A stretch of DNA of 64,000 nt from an uncultured Desulfobacteraceae bacterium (GCA_913060875.1 CAJXSL010000007.1:76769-140768), one strand, 5' to 3'; counted from the first letter of the stretch, positions 25,940 to 35,104 are shown. Translations and numbers: made by a program. Notes: generated by a model not told the origin, from the sequence alone.

Positions 25940-26629
25940 TTAATGGTCGAGTTCCATTCCCCACCCCTCGAACAGGTACATAATGGAGAAACCAAACCAT
26001 AGTGTATAGATGACGTAGAATGCCAGGGCGAAAATGACGATTCCGACCTTATCGGCAATATTCTGGGGCTCGATGCCATTGAAGTTGAAGGCCACCTCGA
26101 CGGCCTTGGCTTGCACCGTGCTCACAAATTTGGCATTCTCGAACTGCTTTTGCTTCTTAAGTTCTTTGTCCATTCCCTTGAGGGCGTTCCACCAACTGTA
26201 GAGCGCCCCGCGCCCGTCAAAGCTGTACTTGGTTTGCAGGTCTTCGGTTCGGTTGTGAAACAGGAGATCGGCGTCTTCGAGGGTGGCGGCCAGAATTCCT
26301 CCCAGATCACCCTTTAACGCGATCGCGGTGCCATCGACTTCGGCCGCGGCGCCGGCCTTCCAGAGCAACATGGCGGTGCGCTCCGCCTGATGCGCTGAAC
26401 CGGCATCGATGGTCACCGCGACCTCCCTGCCCTGATAGGCCTCATTTTTTTGGACCAGATCCGGAATGTAATAGGCCGATCCTTTGGAGATGGAATTGAA
26501 CAGGTTGTCGAAATAATTCAACGCATTTTGTCCGGCGCCGAAAATCGGCATGAACATGATGCAAAATACGACCGCAAACCCGACCAGCAAGCCGGATCCG
26601 AGAAGAAAGATCTTTTTATCCGCAATCAT
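25940..26629 (-). CDS. two-TM membrane protein with a periplasmic domain, unknown function
   Basis: Trimmed to MIADKKIFLLGSGLLVGFAVVF. Its ATG overlaps the TauE stop (TAATG). It also has a C-terminal TM helix. No motif recognised. Confidence 0.55.
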   Translation of the reverse strand: MIADKKIFLLGSGLLVGFAVVFCIMFMPIFGAGQNALNYFDNLFNSISKGSAYYIPDLVQKNEAYQGREVAVTIDAGSAHQAERTAMLLWKAGAAAEVDGTAIALKGDLGGILAATLEDADLLFHNRTEDLQTKYSFDGRGALYSWWNALKGMDKELKKQKQFENAKFVSTVQAKAVEVAFNFNGIEPQNIADKVGIVIFALAFYVIYTLWFGFSIMYLFEGWGMELDH

Positions 26630-27918
26630 TATGCCACCCCCGCTTTCTTGAGGTTCTTGATGTTGCGCAGAAACGTACCAATCACCCAAACGCCGAAACC
26701 GCCGATCACGATGAAAAAGGCCCAGATGCCAATCGTGTCGAGGAGTTTGGCCGTGGCCGGTGTTATTGCAATCACGTCCATGGATCCCAGTTTGCCGGGC
26801 AAAGCAAAAACCCGGTTGACGAATCCGGCCAGCACGGCCATGGCGTAGAACCCGCGGATGGTGATCCCGCTGACAACCTTGGTGACCATGGCCCCCACCT
26901 GGATGCCGATGAGCGAGCCGAGCAGCATGCCCATGGCCAGGGTGTAGAAAATGAACCCGTAAATGGCGTACTGGCTGATAGCGGCATAGCCGGCGGTAAA
27001 AACGATCTGGAAGATGTCCGTACCCACCGTGGTCATGGAGGAAACCCCCAGCACATAGACAAAAATCGGAAAGGTCAGGAATCCGCCGCCAACCCCCATG
27101 ATGGCCGCCGCAAACCCCACCAGGGCGCCGCTGAGCACTAGGAATACGGAGGAAATCTGGCGACCTCCGGGGACGATATCCTTGTCGAAGGTCACCATGG
27201 GCGGAATGCGCATGCCCTGCAGCTTCTGGGGCAGCGACCCAAGATCGGCACCTTCCGACTTGCCGCCATGATCGTGGGCCCCGCCGACATCCCCCTGTTT
27301 GCGGGCTTTTAAGAAATCCGTGAGAGCATACATCCCCAGCAGGCCCAGCATCAGCACATAAATGGTGGTGATAAATGCATCGCTCAGCACGGGATTGATC
27401 TCATAGAGGACCCGGTTGATCACGCCCCCGCCCGTTGCCCCCCCAATGGCGCCGATAAGAAAGATCAGCGCCAGGGGGACCGATATGTTGCCCAGTTTTC
27501 GATGGATCACGCTCCCCATGATGGCCTTGGCAAAGATGTGAAAAAGATCCGTGCCGACCGCCAGGATACCCTTGATGCCGGCACTCATCAGGGCCGGAGC
27601 AATGATGAAACCGCCCCCGGCGCCGATGCAGCCGGTAATCAAACCGGCGCCCAGACCGATCAGGATTGACGCCAGAAAGATGCCGGTGGTGAAAAAGGAC
27701 GGGCTGTAGGCTTTCTTGCCCCCCAGCACATCCGGAATCTCGGCGGCCAATTGATCGGCAAAAGCAATGCCGCCGATGAGAACCGGCAACAGAAACAGAC
27801 CGAGAACCATCAAACGCTTCCGGCTGCCCAGAATATTATCGGACATCTCCTTCTCCCACCGGGCATGGGCTTTCGCGCCGGCAAGCATGAATTGCGCCCA
27901 TTGTTTGAAAAAACTCAT
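26629..27918 (-). CDS. TauE/SafE family anion permease (sulfite exporter family, internally duplicated)
   Basis: Repeated motifs GCIGAGGGFIIAPAL and MGVGGGFLTFPIF within many TM helices. The ATG at 27918 is 10 nt from the AGGAG; the track start at 27927 is a TTG too close to the RBS. Confidence 0.75.
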   Translation of the reverse strand: MSFFKQWAQFMLAGAKAHARWEKEMSDNILGSRKRLMVLGLFLLPVLIGGIAFADQLAAEIPDVLGGKKAYSPSFFTTGIFLASILIGLGAGLITGCIGAGGGFIIAPALMSAGIKGILAVGTDLFHIFAKAIMGSVIHRKLGNISVPLALIFLIGAIGGATGGGVINRVLYEINPVLSDAFITTIYVLMLGLLGMYALTDFLKARKQGDVGGAHDHGGKSEGADLGSLPQKLQGMRIPPMVTFDKDIVPGGRQISSVFLVLSGALVGFAAAIMGVGGGFLTFPIFVYVLGVSSMTTVGTDIFQIVFTAGYAAISQYAIYGFIFYTLAMGMLLGSLIGIQVGAMVTKVVSGITIRGFYAMAVLAGFVNRVFALPGKLGSMDVIAITPATAKLLDTIGIWAFFIVIGGFGVWVIGTFLRNIKNLKKAGVA

Positions 27919-27975
27919 CGCAATCAAGCTCCTTTCATTAAAAATTTCGTTGCCTTCGTTCAGGGGAGGCCCCTG

Positions 27976-28365
27976 CTATTTACGTTTCAGGTTAATCGTG
28001 CGGGCCTTGTAGGCATCTTGGAGTTTGAACAAAAGGTCATCGATGGCCACCGGTTTCATCAGGTAGTCAAACGCCCCCTGGGCAATGCCCTCGTGAGCCG
28101 CCTCGACACTGGCATGCCCCGTCAGCATGACCACCTCGATAGCCGGATCGAAAGCCTTTATGGCCTTGAGCACCGCGATGCCATCCATCCCGGGCATGCG
28201 CACATCCAGCGCCACGACATCCACGGGTGTCTTCCGGATCGTCTCCAGAGCAGCTTCTCCGCTGCCGGCCTTGAGCACGCATAAATTGCGCTTCGCCAGG
28301 CGTTTGGCCAATGTTTCGAGGAAATCCTCCTCATCGTCCACCAACATCACCGTGAAATCAGTCAT
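27976..28365 (-). CDS. stand-alone response-regulator receiver protein (CheY-like), copy 3 of 3
   Basis: 129 aa. VDDEED, phospho-acceptor context ALDVRMPGMDG, MLTGH, YLMKP. Its ATG overlaps the upstream stop (ATGA). Confidence 0.85.
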   Translation of the reverse strand: MTDFTVMLVDDEEDFLETLAKRLAKRNLCVLKAGSGEAALETIRKTPVDVVALDVRMPGMDGIAVLKAIKAFDPAIEVVMLTGHASVEAAHEGIAQGAFDYLMKPVAIDDLLFKLQDAYKARTINLKRK

Positions 28366-28757
28366 CGTGCATCCTTCCCGCTTCGATGGGCCTCGCGAAT
28401 TTTCTCCAGAAGATCTTCAAAATCGTAGGGTTTCGAAAGATAATCAAAGGCACCGTTGGCCATGGCATCCTTGGCCGAAACCTGACACCCGTGACCGGTC
28501 AACATGATAATCGGCAGCTCGGGGACCATTTTTTTGAGTATCTTCAAGACCTCGATGCCATCCATGCCCTCCATCTTGAGATCCAGCATGGCCACGTCAA
28601 AATCCCCCTGGCGCATGCGCTGAAGCGCCTCGGTGCCGCTGAAGGCGGGGGTCGCTTCGATATGCCGTCTGGCCATCCTTTTGGTCAGCACACGGACAAA
28701 GTCCTCTTCATCGTCGATAAGTAACAGTCGAATCGGTTCGTTCGCGATGGAATTCAT
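28362..28757 (-). CDS. stand-alone response-regulator receiver protein (CheY-like), copy 2 of 3
   Basis: IDDEED, MLDLKMEGMDG, MLTGH, YLSKP. The start is either the ATG at 28757 or the GTG at 28766, which abuts the upstream stop. Confidence 0.85.
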   Translation of the reverse strand: MNSIANEPIRLLLIDDEEDFVRVLTKRMARRHIEATPAFSGTEALQRMRQGDFDVAMLDLKMEGMDGIEVLKILKKMVPELPIIMLTGHGCQVSAKDAMANGAFDYLSKPYDFEDLLEKIREAHRSGKDAR

Positions 28758-28766
28758 GATCAACAC

Positions 28767-29201
28767 CTATGCGCGCCGGGTCGTAATGGCCTTCATCCGG
28801 GCTTCGATGATTTTCTCCTCCTGTTGACGCTTTTTGGAGGCCGCCGTATTGACTTTTTCTACGAGCACCGCCATGTCGCAGGGTTTCATCAGATAGTCGA
28901 AGGCGCCCTGTTTCATGCCGTCGATGGCGGAGGAAACCGTGGCATGCCCCGTAAGCATCACGACCTCGATCAAAGGGTATTTGCGCTTGATTTCGGCCAG
29001 GGTCTCGATACCGTCCATACCGGGCATTTTGACATCCAGAATGACGACTTCGATCTTCTCGCCGTTTTGGCTGAGCACATCCAGGGCGTCCATCCCGGAA
29101 GGCGCCGTGAAGACATCAAAATCGCGTTTTTTCAGGCGCCGGGCCATGGCGTCCAGAAAAGCGGTTTCGTCATCGACTAGAAGCAATTTAGCGATTGTCA
29201 T
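28767..29201 (-). CDS. stand-alone response-regulator receiver protein (CheY-like), copy 1 of 3
   Basis: 144 aa. VDDETA, ILDVKMPGMDG, MLTGH, YLMKP. AAGGAGA RBS. It starts 18 nt after the kinase stop. Confidence 0.85.
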   Translation of the reverse strand: MTIAKLLLVDDETAFLDAMARRLKKRDFDVFTAPSGMDALDVLSQNGEKIEVVILDVKMPGMDGIETLAEIKRKYPLIEVVMLTGHATVSSAIDGMKQGAFDYLMKPCDMAVLVEKVNTAASKKRQQEEKIIEARMKAITTRRA

Positions 29202-29219
29202 TGTTCTTCTCCTTATGGG

Positions 29220-30959
29220 TTAGGGCTTATAGCTTTTATCCGCGGCCGCATTTTCATTGGAGGGCTCCGGCGCATTGACGGGAAGTCGGACTTCAAAGCA
29301 CGTTCCTTCGCCGACCTTGCTCGACACCACGATATCGCCGCCCATCTTGTTGATGATCCCGTAGCAAATGGACAACCCCAGCCCCGTGCCTTTGCCGACC
29401 GGCTTGGTTGTATAGAATGGCTCGAATATACGGTGCAGGTTCGCCTCGGGAATGCCGGGGCCGTCGTCGCGAACGTGAAACCGCACTTCGCTATGGCTCG
29501 ACTGCCAGGTCTTGACTTCAATGGTCCCGCCCTGTTTGTCCAGGGCATCGATGGCATTGTTGATCAGGTTGAACAGCACTTGCTGGAGTTCGGTCTGGGA
29601 TGCCCGAATGGCCGACAGGCGCTCCAAAAGGCGTGTATCGATTTCCACGTTGTTGTATTTGGCCTGCTGCGCCGAAAGGCTCACGACTTCCTTGATAAGG
29701 TCATTGACGTCGACCTGGTCAACACGGCTGTCCGATCGCCTTGCAAAACTCAGGAGTTTATGGGTGATATCGCGGGCGCGGATGCCTTGTTTACGAATTT
29801 GGGCCAGGGCGCGTTTGAATTCTTCCAGACTCTCGCTTTCACGAAACGCTTCATCTTCGAGCAAGTCCTCGATCCAGCCGGCCTCTTCCACCATGATGGC
29901 CACCGGGTTGTTGATTTCATGGGCAATGCCGGCCGCCAGTTCGCCCAGCGATGCCAGATGACCACTTTCAATGATCTGCTGGCTCATGATTTCCTTTTCC
30001 TGGTCGGCGGAGGCAATGCGGGTAATCATGCCCCTGGAAAGCACCAGCGCCATCGTAATGATGGCGATGCCCCCCAGCCCAAACACGAGAATGGCGATGT
30101 TGCGCGTACGGTTGAGGTCCTGATAGGCATCTCTTTTATCCTGCTGGAGAATCAGGGCCCAATGGTTGTCCTTGAGCATACCCGCCACATAGATCAGTTC
30201 GCTTCCGCTGCTGTCCTGCCGAATGACGGACAGGATGTCTTCCTCGCTGAGCCGGTCCGATTCTCTGAAGAGTTCCTGATACGTGCGGCCTTCCAGGACC
30301 GGTCGTCCTGCAGTGCGCGTCTGCAACGCACCGGTCTGATTGATGATATAGGCAAATCCGGTCTGACCAAGCTGGATATTTTCGACCACATCATTGAAGG
30401 CCAGGAAATCGACGGTAGCCCGCAGAATCCAGGGCTGGCCATTTTCAAACCTTCGCGCTGTGACGATGAAATGAGGAAAACCCCGGAGGCCTAAAAACAC
30501 ATCGCTTGTATAGGTGTCGGCTTGAAATGCGGCCTGAAACCATTCGGCGTCGTTGTATTGGGCGCTTTCCAGAAGATAGGGCCCCGCATAGGAAACCTGC
30601 TCCCCATCAGCCCGCACAACGCCGATATCGGAAAAAACACGACCGTAGGTCCCCTGAAGCTTGTGCAGCAGCGCCGCTAGATTTTCGCTCTTGCTCAGAT
30701 GGTCGTAGGTGTATTCATCCACGAGAAAAGCAATATTGTTTTGCCGTTCAACCAGAAAATGGTCGATGTTCTGCTTATGTTTTTTGACCAGAGTTTCCAG
30801 ATGCATCCGGACTTTTTCCTGATAGATCGTGTGCATTTGAAAGAGGATGCCGCTGCTCACGACAATCAGAGGGATAAACGAAACGAAAATGATGATGAGG
30901 ATGATGTTGCGCCTGAGCGGGTGATAGTACGCCTTGCGCGCGATATCTTTCGGGTTCAT
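29220..30959 (-). CDS. sensor histidine kinase with a Cache-like periplasmic domain
   Basis: 579 aa. TM helix, about 250-aa extracytoplasmic region, second TM helix. H-box SLGELAAGIAHEINNPV. HATPase_c N/G boxes (NLINNAIDA, DDGPGI, GTGLGLS). Confidence 0.85.
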   Translation of the reverse strand: MNPKDIARKAYYHPLRRNIILIIIFVSFIPLIVVSSGILFQMHTIYQEKVRMHLETLVKKHKQNIDHFLVERQNNIAFLVDEYTYDHLSKSENLAALLHKLQGTYGRVFSDIGVVRADGEQVSYAGPYLLESAQYNDAEWFQAAFQADTYTSDVFLGLRGFPHFIVTARRFENGQPWILRATVDFLAFNDVVENIQLGQTGFAYIINQTGALQTRTAGRPVLEGRTYQELFRESDRLSEEDILSVIRQDSSGSELIYVAGMLKDNHWALILQQDKRDAYQDLNRTRNIAILVFGLGGIAIITMALVLSRGMITRIASADQEKEIMSQQIIESGHLASLGELAAGIAHEINNPVAIMVEEAGWIEDLLEDEAFRESESLEEFKRALAQIRKQGIRARDITHKLLSFARRSDSRVDQVDVNDLIKEVVSLSAQQAKYNNVEIDTRLLERLSAIRASQTELQQVLFNLINNAIDALDKQGGTIEVKTWQSSHSEVRFHVRDDGPGIPEANLHRIFEPFYTTKPVGKGTGLGLSICYGIINKMGGDIVVSSKVGEGTCFEVRLPVNAPEPSNENAAADKSYKP

Positions 30960-31008
30960 GGCATCGGCCTTTCAGGGGTAAATGCTTTTCCGATCGAGGC
31001 CCCATCAG

Positions 31009-31024
31009 AGCAAAAGGCAGGCCA
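31009..31024 (-). promoter_or_regulatory. sigma-54 promoter candidate TGGCCTGCCTTTTGCT
   Basis: The minus strand reads TGGC-N8-TTGCT with GG-N10-GC spacing. The -12 element lies about 50 nt upstream of the kinase ATG (30959). Confidence 0.6.
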
Positions 31025-31063
31025 AAACAAGGCCACAACCAATTGCCCAGTCGCCCAAAATTC

Positions 31064-31084
31064 TTAATAAGCCGATATTATTAA
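31064..31084. promoter_or_regulatory. inverted repeat TTAATAA-N7-TTATTAA upstream of the sigma-54 promoter (possible enhancer or IHF region)
   Basis: Perfect 7-bp arms, 40-75 bp upstream of the -24 element, in an AT-rich stretch. Confidence 0.3.
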
Positions 31085-31163
31085 ATTATTGGAGGGATTG
31101 CCCCATAGAAAAAAAAACAGATGGCAGGCGTGTTTACGAGGGTAACACGACAAAAATGGATCT

Positions 31164-31204
31164 AAAAACGGCCAAACAAGCGGGGCGTTTCGCCCCGGCG
31201 GGGC
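31164..31204 (-). terminator. terminator-like hairpin after the NtrC-type gene
   Basis: On the minus strand GGGGCG-AAA-CGCCCC (31182-31196) is followed by GCUUGUUUGGCCGUUUUU. An alternative overlapping GCCCC/GGGGC stem also exists. Confidence 0.4.
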
Positions 31205-31207
31205 GAT

Positions 31208-32557
31208 TTACCCCGGCTGATGGGTCTCGACAATGCGTTTAAGTTTTTCACGCAGGGTCTTGCGGTCGATTCCGAGAATAGCGGCGGCCTGGGTTTTATT
31301 GCCGCCTACGGATTCCAGCACGCGCAATATATGCTCGGCCTCCAACGTAGCCAGAGTCTGAAACCCTTCCGTTGCCGGCCGCACCCCCTGGCGCATTGTT
31401 TTCGGCAAATCCGCCACGTCGAGGGAGCCGCTGTCGGCATTGACCAAGAGACGCTGCACCAGATTCTCGAGTTCACGAACATTGCCCGGCCAGCTATGAT
31501 TTTTGAGGTTTTCCATGGCCCGGTCTGAAAAGTGCGGCGGTTCGAGGCCCATCTCTTGCGCATACTGGTTCATGAAATGACGGACCAGCGGCAGGATATC
31601 CGCCGGTCGCTCGCGCAGCGGCGGCACATAAATATCAACGACATCCAGCCGGTAGTATAAATCTTCCCGGAAAAGGTTTTTATCCACCATGGCCACAAGA
31701 TCTTTGTGCGTCGCCGCGATGATGCGCGTGTCGACTTTGCGAACGTTGCTGGAGCCGACGATATGGATTTCTTTGTTCTGGAGGACGCGCAGGAGCTTCC
31801 CCTGCAGATTGAGGCTGGCATCACCAATCTCGTCAAGAAAGATGGTCCCGCCGTCTGCGACTTGAAAAAATCCCGCCCTGGAATCCTTAGCCCCCGTGAA
31901 GGCCCCTTTGACGTGGCCGAACAGTTCGCTTTCGATCAACGTATCGGGAATAGCCGTGCAGTTGACGGGCACAAAGCGGGCCGCGGCCCTGTCGCTGCCA
32001 TAGTGAATCGCCCGGGCGACAAGCTCTTTGCCGGTGCCGCTTTCACCATGGATGAGAACATTGGCGTTGATGGCGGCGGCCCGTTCGATGCGCTCGATAA
32101 CGTTGCGTATGCCGTCCGATATGCCGATCAGGCCATAGGTCTCAGGGGGTGAAGACGCACTCATCAACTCCCGGCGATGGTTTAATTTGCCTACCAGGCG
32201 ATTGACGGCGAAACGCAATTCATCCGGCTGCAATGGCTTGACAAGAAGATTTTCAGCCCCCCTCTTGATGGCCAAAACAGCGTCGGGAACGGTGGGAGAC
32301 GCGGCGGTCATAATGACTTCGATGTCTTTGAAATGTTCCCGAATATACTGGAGGAGCGACAGTCCATCGACGTCAGGTATCTGAATATCAAGGATCACGA
32401 GGTCCACTTTGCCAAATTCAAGGACCCGAATCGCCTCGGCCCCCGAGGGGACCGTGGTAACGACAAGCTCACTCTCGGCCAGACAGGCCCGAATGTCATC
32501 CAGTGCACCCGTGTCGCTATCAACCGCCATCAATTTAAGCGTGTCTTGTGTTTTCAA
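31208..32557 (-). CDS. sigma-54-dependent response regulator (NtrC family: REC-AAA+-Fis HTH)
   Basis: 449 aa. Receiver (VILDIQIPDVDG), Walker A GESGTGKE, GAFTGA loop, WPGNVRELEN, HTH TQAAAILGIDRKTLREKLK. The track start at 32557 is a TTG; an ATG at 32530 is the alternative. Confidence 0.9.
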   Translation of the reverse strand: MKTQDTLKLMAVDSDTGALDDIRACLAESELVVTTVPSGAEAIRVLEFGKVDLVILDIQIPDVDGLSLLQYIREHFKDIEVIMTAASPTVPDAVLAIKRGAENLLVKPLQPDELRFAVNRLVGKLNHRRELMSASSPPETYGLIGISDGIRNVIERIERAAAINANVLIHGESGTGKELVARAIHYGSDRAAARFVPVNCTAIPDTLIESELFGHVKGAFTGAKDSRAGFFQVADGGTIFLDEIGDASLNLQGKLLRVLQNKEIHIVGSSNVRKVDTRIIAATHKDLVAMVDKNLFREDLYYRLDVVDIYVPPLRERPADILPLVRHFMNQYAQEMGLEPPHFSDRAMENLKNHSWPGNVRELENLVQRLLVNADSGSLDVADLPKTMRQGVRPATEGFQTLATLEAEHILRVLESVGGNKTQAAAILGIDRKTLREKLKRIVETHQPG

Positions 32558-32602
32558 TGAAGAAATGTCCGCTTCGTTCGATTAAGGGGCCTGGAGACCG
32601 TC

Positions 32603-32782
32603 TTATTCCTCAATATTAAGATTGGCTGCGTAGCGACCGGTGACCGCGTCGTCCACACAATTGTCCAACTCTTCCTCGGTGGCCGTTTGGCGATCTTTCA
32701 GCGCATTGAGCGGGCAGATAAACTCGTTGCCGGCATTGTCCTTGACACGCACCCAGACATCTCTTTCATCTGTTTTAGCCAT
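32603..32782 (-). CDS. small acidic protein, 59 aa, unknown function
   Basis: Trimmed to the ATG at 32782 (GGGGAGG RBS). Sequence MAKTDERDVWVRVKDNAGNEFICPLNALKDRQTATEEELDNCVDDAVTGRYAANLNIEE. It ends 45 nt upstream of the NtrC-type gene. Confidence 0.5.
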   Translation of the reverse strand: MAKTDERDVWVRVKDNAGNEFICPLNALKDRQTATEEELDNCVDDAVTGRYAANLNIEE

Positions 32783-32848
32783 GTTTGCCTCCCCTGTCGG
32801 TTGGTATGAACCGGTCGAACCCGGATATTCCATGAAATGTTATGGCTG

Positions 32849-33105
32849 GCCCGGATATTTCACGCGTTCGAGATGTTCATGGGCAAGGCATCAGGGGCGC
32901 TGCTGTACTTCTGCTACCGCAAGCCCCTGATAACGCGGCCGATGGACATCTCGGACGCGCCCGCAGGGTGAATTTTTTCTGCGTCCCCGGAAATCGCCGC
33001 ACGTTACCAACTGTCACCAGAAATTTACACCTCGAATAGCGTTTATAGCATCAATACTTTGGCATAAATTTTATTTCGCAGAAAAATTTCATGAAATATG
33101 CGGGC
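32849..33105. mobile_element. MITE-like family-A element bounded by 14-bp terminal inverted repeats
   Basis: GCCCGGATATTTCA (32849-32862) pairs with TGAAATATGCGGGC (33092-33105), 13 of 14 complementary. Internal blocks are shared with 21941-22063. A partial extra terminus lies at 32820-32845. No ORF. Confidence 0.45.
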
Positions 33106-33136
33106 TAAAGCCGCTTTGGCATTCGTGAGAAAGGTA

Positions 33137-33152
33137 AGCAATCCAAGCCCCA
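33137..33152 (-). promoter_or_regulatory. sigma-54 promoter candidate TGGGGCTTGGATTGCT
   Basis: GG-N10-GC spacing with TTGCT at -12. It lies between the M23 gene stop and the MITE-like element, about 355 nt upstream of the small-protein ATG. Confidence 0.4.
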
Positions 33153-33177
33153 CCGTAAAGTCATCGTCCGAATATTT

Positions 33178-33816
33178 TTAAACGCGCGGGCCGGTTGCCC
33201 GTGACGTGAAAATTTTCTCCCGGCTCTGGGGTTCCAGCTCCTCGCAAGGCCCGTCAATGAGGCTGAGGGGATCGATCAGGGCCACCATATTGGGATCCCG
33301 CATCCGGTTCCAAACGAAAGGTTCGTAAACGATATCCGGGGACGGCCGCCCGAGGGTAAAGTGCAGGTGGGGTAGGATATTGGTCCTGGAGTGGGCGGTG
33401 TCGGCGATGGACGCGATGATCTCCCCCTCCCTCACCGTAACCCCGGGCAGGATGCCCTTTCGGGGCGTTGTGTGGGCATAGATCGATATCGCCTGTTCAG
33501 GAATCCCGGCAATGCGTTCATGTTCGATCACAATGGCCCGGCCGAGGTAGTCGGTAAAGATCGCCCGCACTCGGCCGTCGTGCATAACGGGAATGCGGGT
33601 GCCCTCATCCAGACGACGCAACTGACCGGCCGCATCGCGGAAAAGGCAGAAATCAAGCCCTTCGTGCGGAAAATCGCGCCGACCGTAGCCGCTCCACCAC
33701 TTGTCCGGTGCGTTGAAGCGCATGCCCGGAGAGAACACCCAGCACTTGAAATCATGGGGATCGAAACCATTGGCCTCGATGAGCCTGGCCGTAAAGCGGG
33801 TTTTGGCAAGTGACAT
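33178..33816 (-). CDS. M23 family metallopeptidase-like protein (no signal peptide seen)
   Basis: 212 aa. HEGLDF (HxxxD), IYAHT and ILPHLHF (HxH) motifs of the LytM/M23 fold. Confidence 0.65.
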   Translation of the reverse strand: MSLAKTRFTARLIEANGFDPHDFKCWVFSPGMRFNAPDKWWSGYGRRDFPHEGLDFCLFRDAAGQLRRLDEGTRIPVMHDGRVRAIFTDYLGRAIVIEHERIAGIPEQAISIYAHTTPRKGILPGVTVREGEIIASIADTAHSRTNILPHLHFTLGRPSPDIVYEPFVWNRMRDPNMVALIDPLSLIDGPCEELEPQSREKIFTSRATGPRV

Positions 33817-34405
33817 GGTATAGCTTTCCTCTTATGAAAAAAACGTCGAGCCGAGGGGGGGGCGCTTCGCGGCGACTTCAAACCGCTTTGATCAGAAAAA
33901 CGATTTGGAATTCGGTCCAGGTACAGGGTTCATCGCGCGATTGGCCGGATCGCCCGCCACCACCGACTTGGGAAATCACCCTATCAGGATAATTGCCCGA
34001 TGATCAACCCGGCCAGGATGGATAATGCGGCCCAGAACAAAGCCTTTGCGGAAACCGATATTTTCCGATGGAACGACCGTGAGGCCATTGTCAGTGGTTC
34101 ATCTTTCGCAGCCATCCGGGGGGAGCCCCCCGGCCGGAAAAGAAAAAGCAACAAGCGTATCAACGGGATTGCCATGGCAGCCTCCTTGGGAGGACTCAAC
34201 GTTTGACAAGGAATGATTGCCCTATCTTGTCGCTGACTGGGAAAATCATTCAGGCTTCATGGCAACAATAAGATTATTATGAACTAATTGCAAATATTTT
34301 ACATTTACGGTATAATTTATCAATTAATTTATATAATTTTTTATTTTTTGCACTATATTCGCATTCAGCACTAACAATACCTATAAAGATGCAAGGACTT
34401 TGCAC

Positions 34406-34849
34406 ATGACCAAACTCGACGACTATGACCGCAAGATCATCGCCGCACTGCAAACCAACGGGAGGCTATCGAACATCCAGGTTGCGGAACGGGTCAACCT
34501 GTCCCATTCCAGTTGTTCGCGACGCATTGCCCGGTTGGAAAGGGAAGGCATCATTGTCGGCTACCGCGCCCTCACCGATCGCCAGAAACTAGGGCTTTCG
34601 GTACGCGCTTATTGCGGGGTGATCCGTGATGCCGATACAGGGTGGGAAGAGGTCGCCCACGCCCTGGCCGAAATCGAGGGGGTTGTCAGCGTGTTTGCCG
34701 TATCCGGTGACGTGGATCTGATGCTCGAAATCGTCGCCCGGGATATGCAGCACTACTCCCAGGTGGTGCTGCAGGACGTGTTCAACACGAAGGGCGTGAA
34801 TGCCACGCGCAGTTCTTTCGTGCTCGAGGAAGTAAAGTCGATTTACTGA
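34406..34849 (+). CDS. Lrp/AsnC family transcriptional regulator
   Basis: LDDYDRKIIAALQTNGRLSNIQVAERVNLSHSSCSRRIARLEREGII plus an AsnC-type C-terminal domain. A very AT-rich 200-bp region lies upstream. Confidence 0.85.
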   Translation: MTKLDDYDRKIIAALQTNGRLSNIQVAERVNLSHSSCSRRIARLEREGIIVGYRALTDRQKLGLSVRAYCGVIRDADTGWEEVAHALAEIEGVVSVFAVSGDVDLMLEIVARDMQHYSQVVLQDVFNTKGVNATRSSFVLEEVKSIY

Positions 34850-35104
34850 GGCGGCCCCTTCGATTAATCTGGCAGCAGAATGTATAAGCCTTAGTCATCC
34901 CGGCGAAAGCCGGGATCTCATTGCAACCCGCATGGTGCCGTCATTTGATAATGGTCCATAGTGCCTCCTTCCGGTCACGTATAAGCGATACGCACGGCCC
35001 AAGATCTTAGAATACCGGCAACTTTTTCTCAGCTGCCTTTCGCTTAAAATGCTGGTCAATAGGCCGCTATTACCCCCCAATCTTCCGTCGACGTTGCGGG
35101 CCGG

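Noticed and set aside
32847-32862. TGGCCCGGATATTTCA as a sigma-54 promoter
   Set aside because: It lacks the conserved GC at -12 (it has TC). The same sequence recurs as the terminal repeat of the family-A element, in both orientations and sometimes without the GG.
33984-34199. 71-aa minus-strand ORF as a small membrane protein
   Set aside because: It has only one hydrophobic stretch and no RBS, and it sits in a region with overlapping ORFs on both strands. The evidence is insufficient.
373-34869. Shared CGGCCCCTTCGAT motif immediately after the stop codons at 372 and 34849
   Set aside because: Only about 13-15 nt are shared, with no convincing hairpin or U-tract. It is too short to call a repeat family or a terminator.
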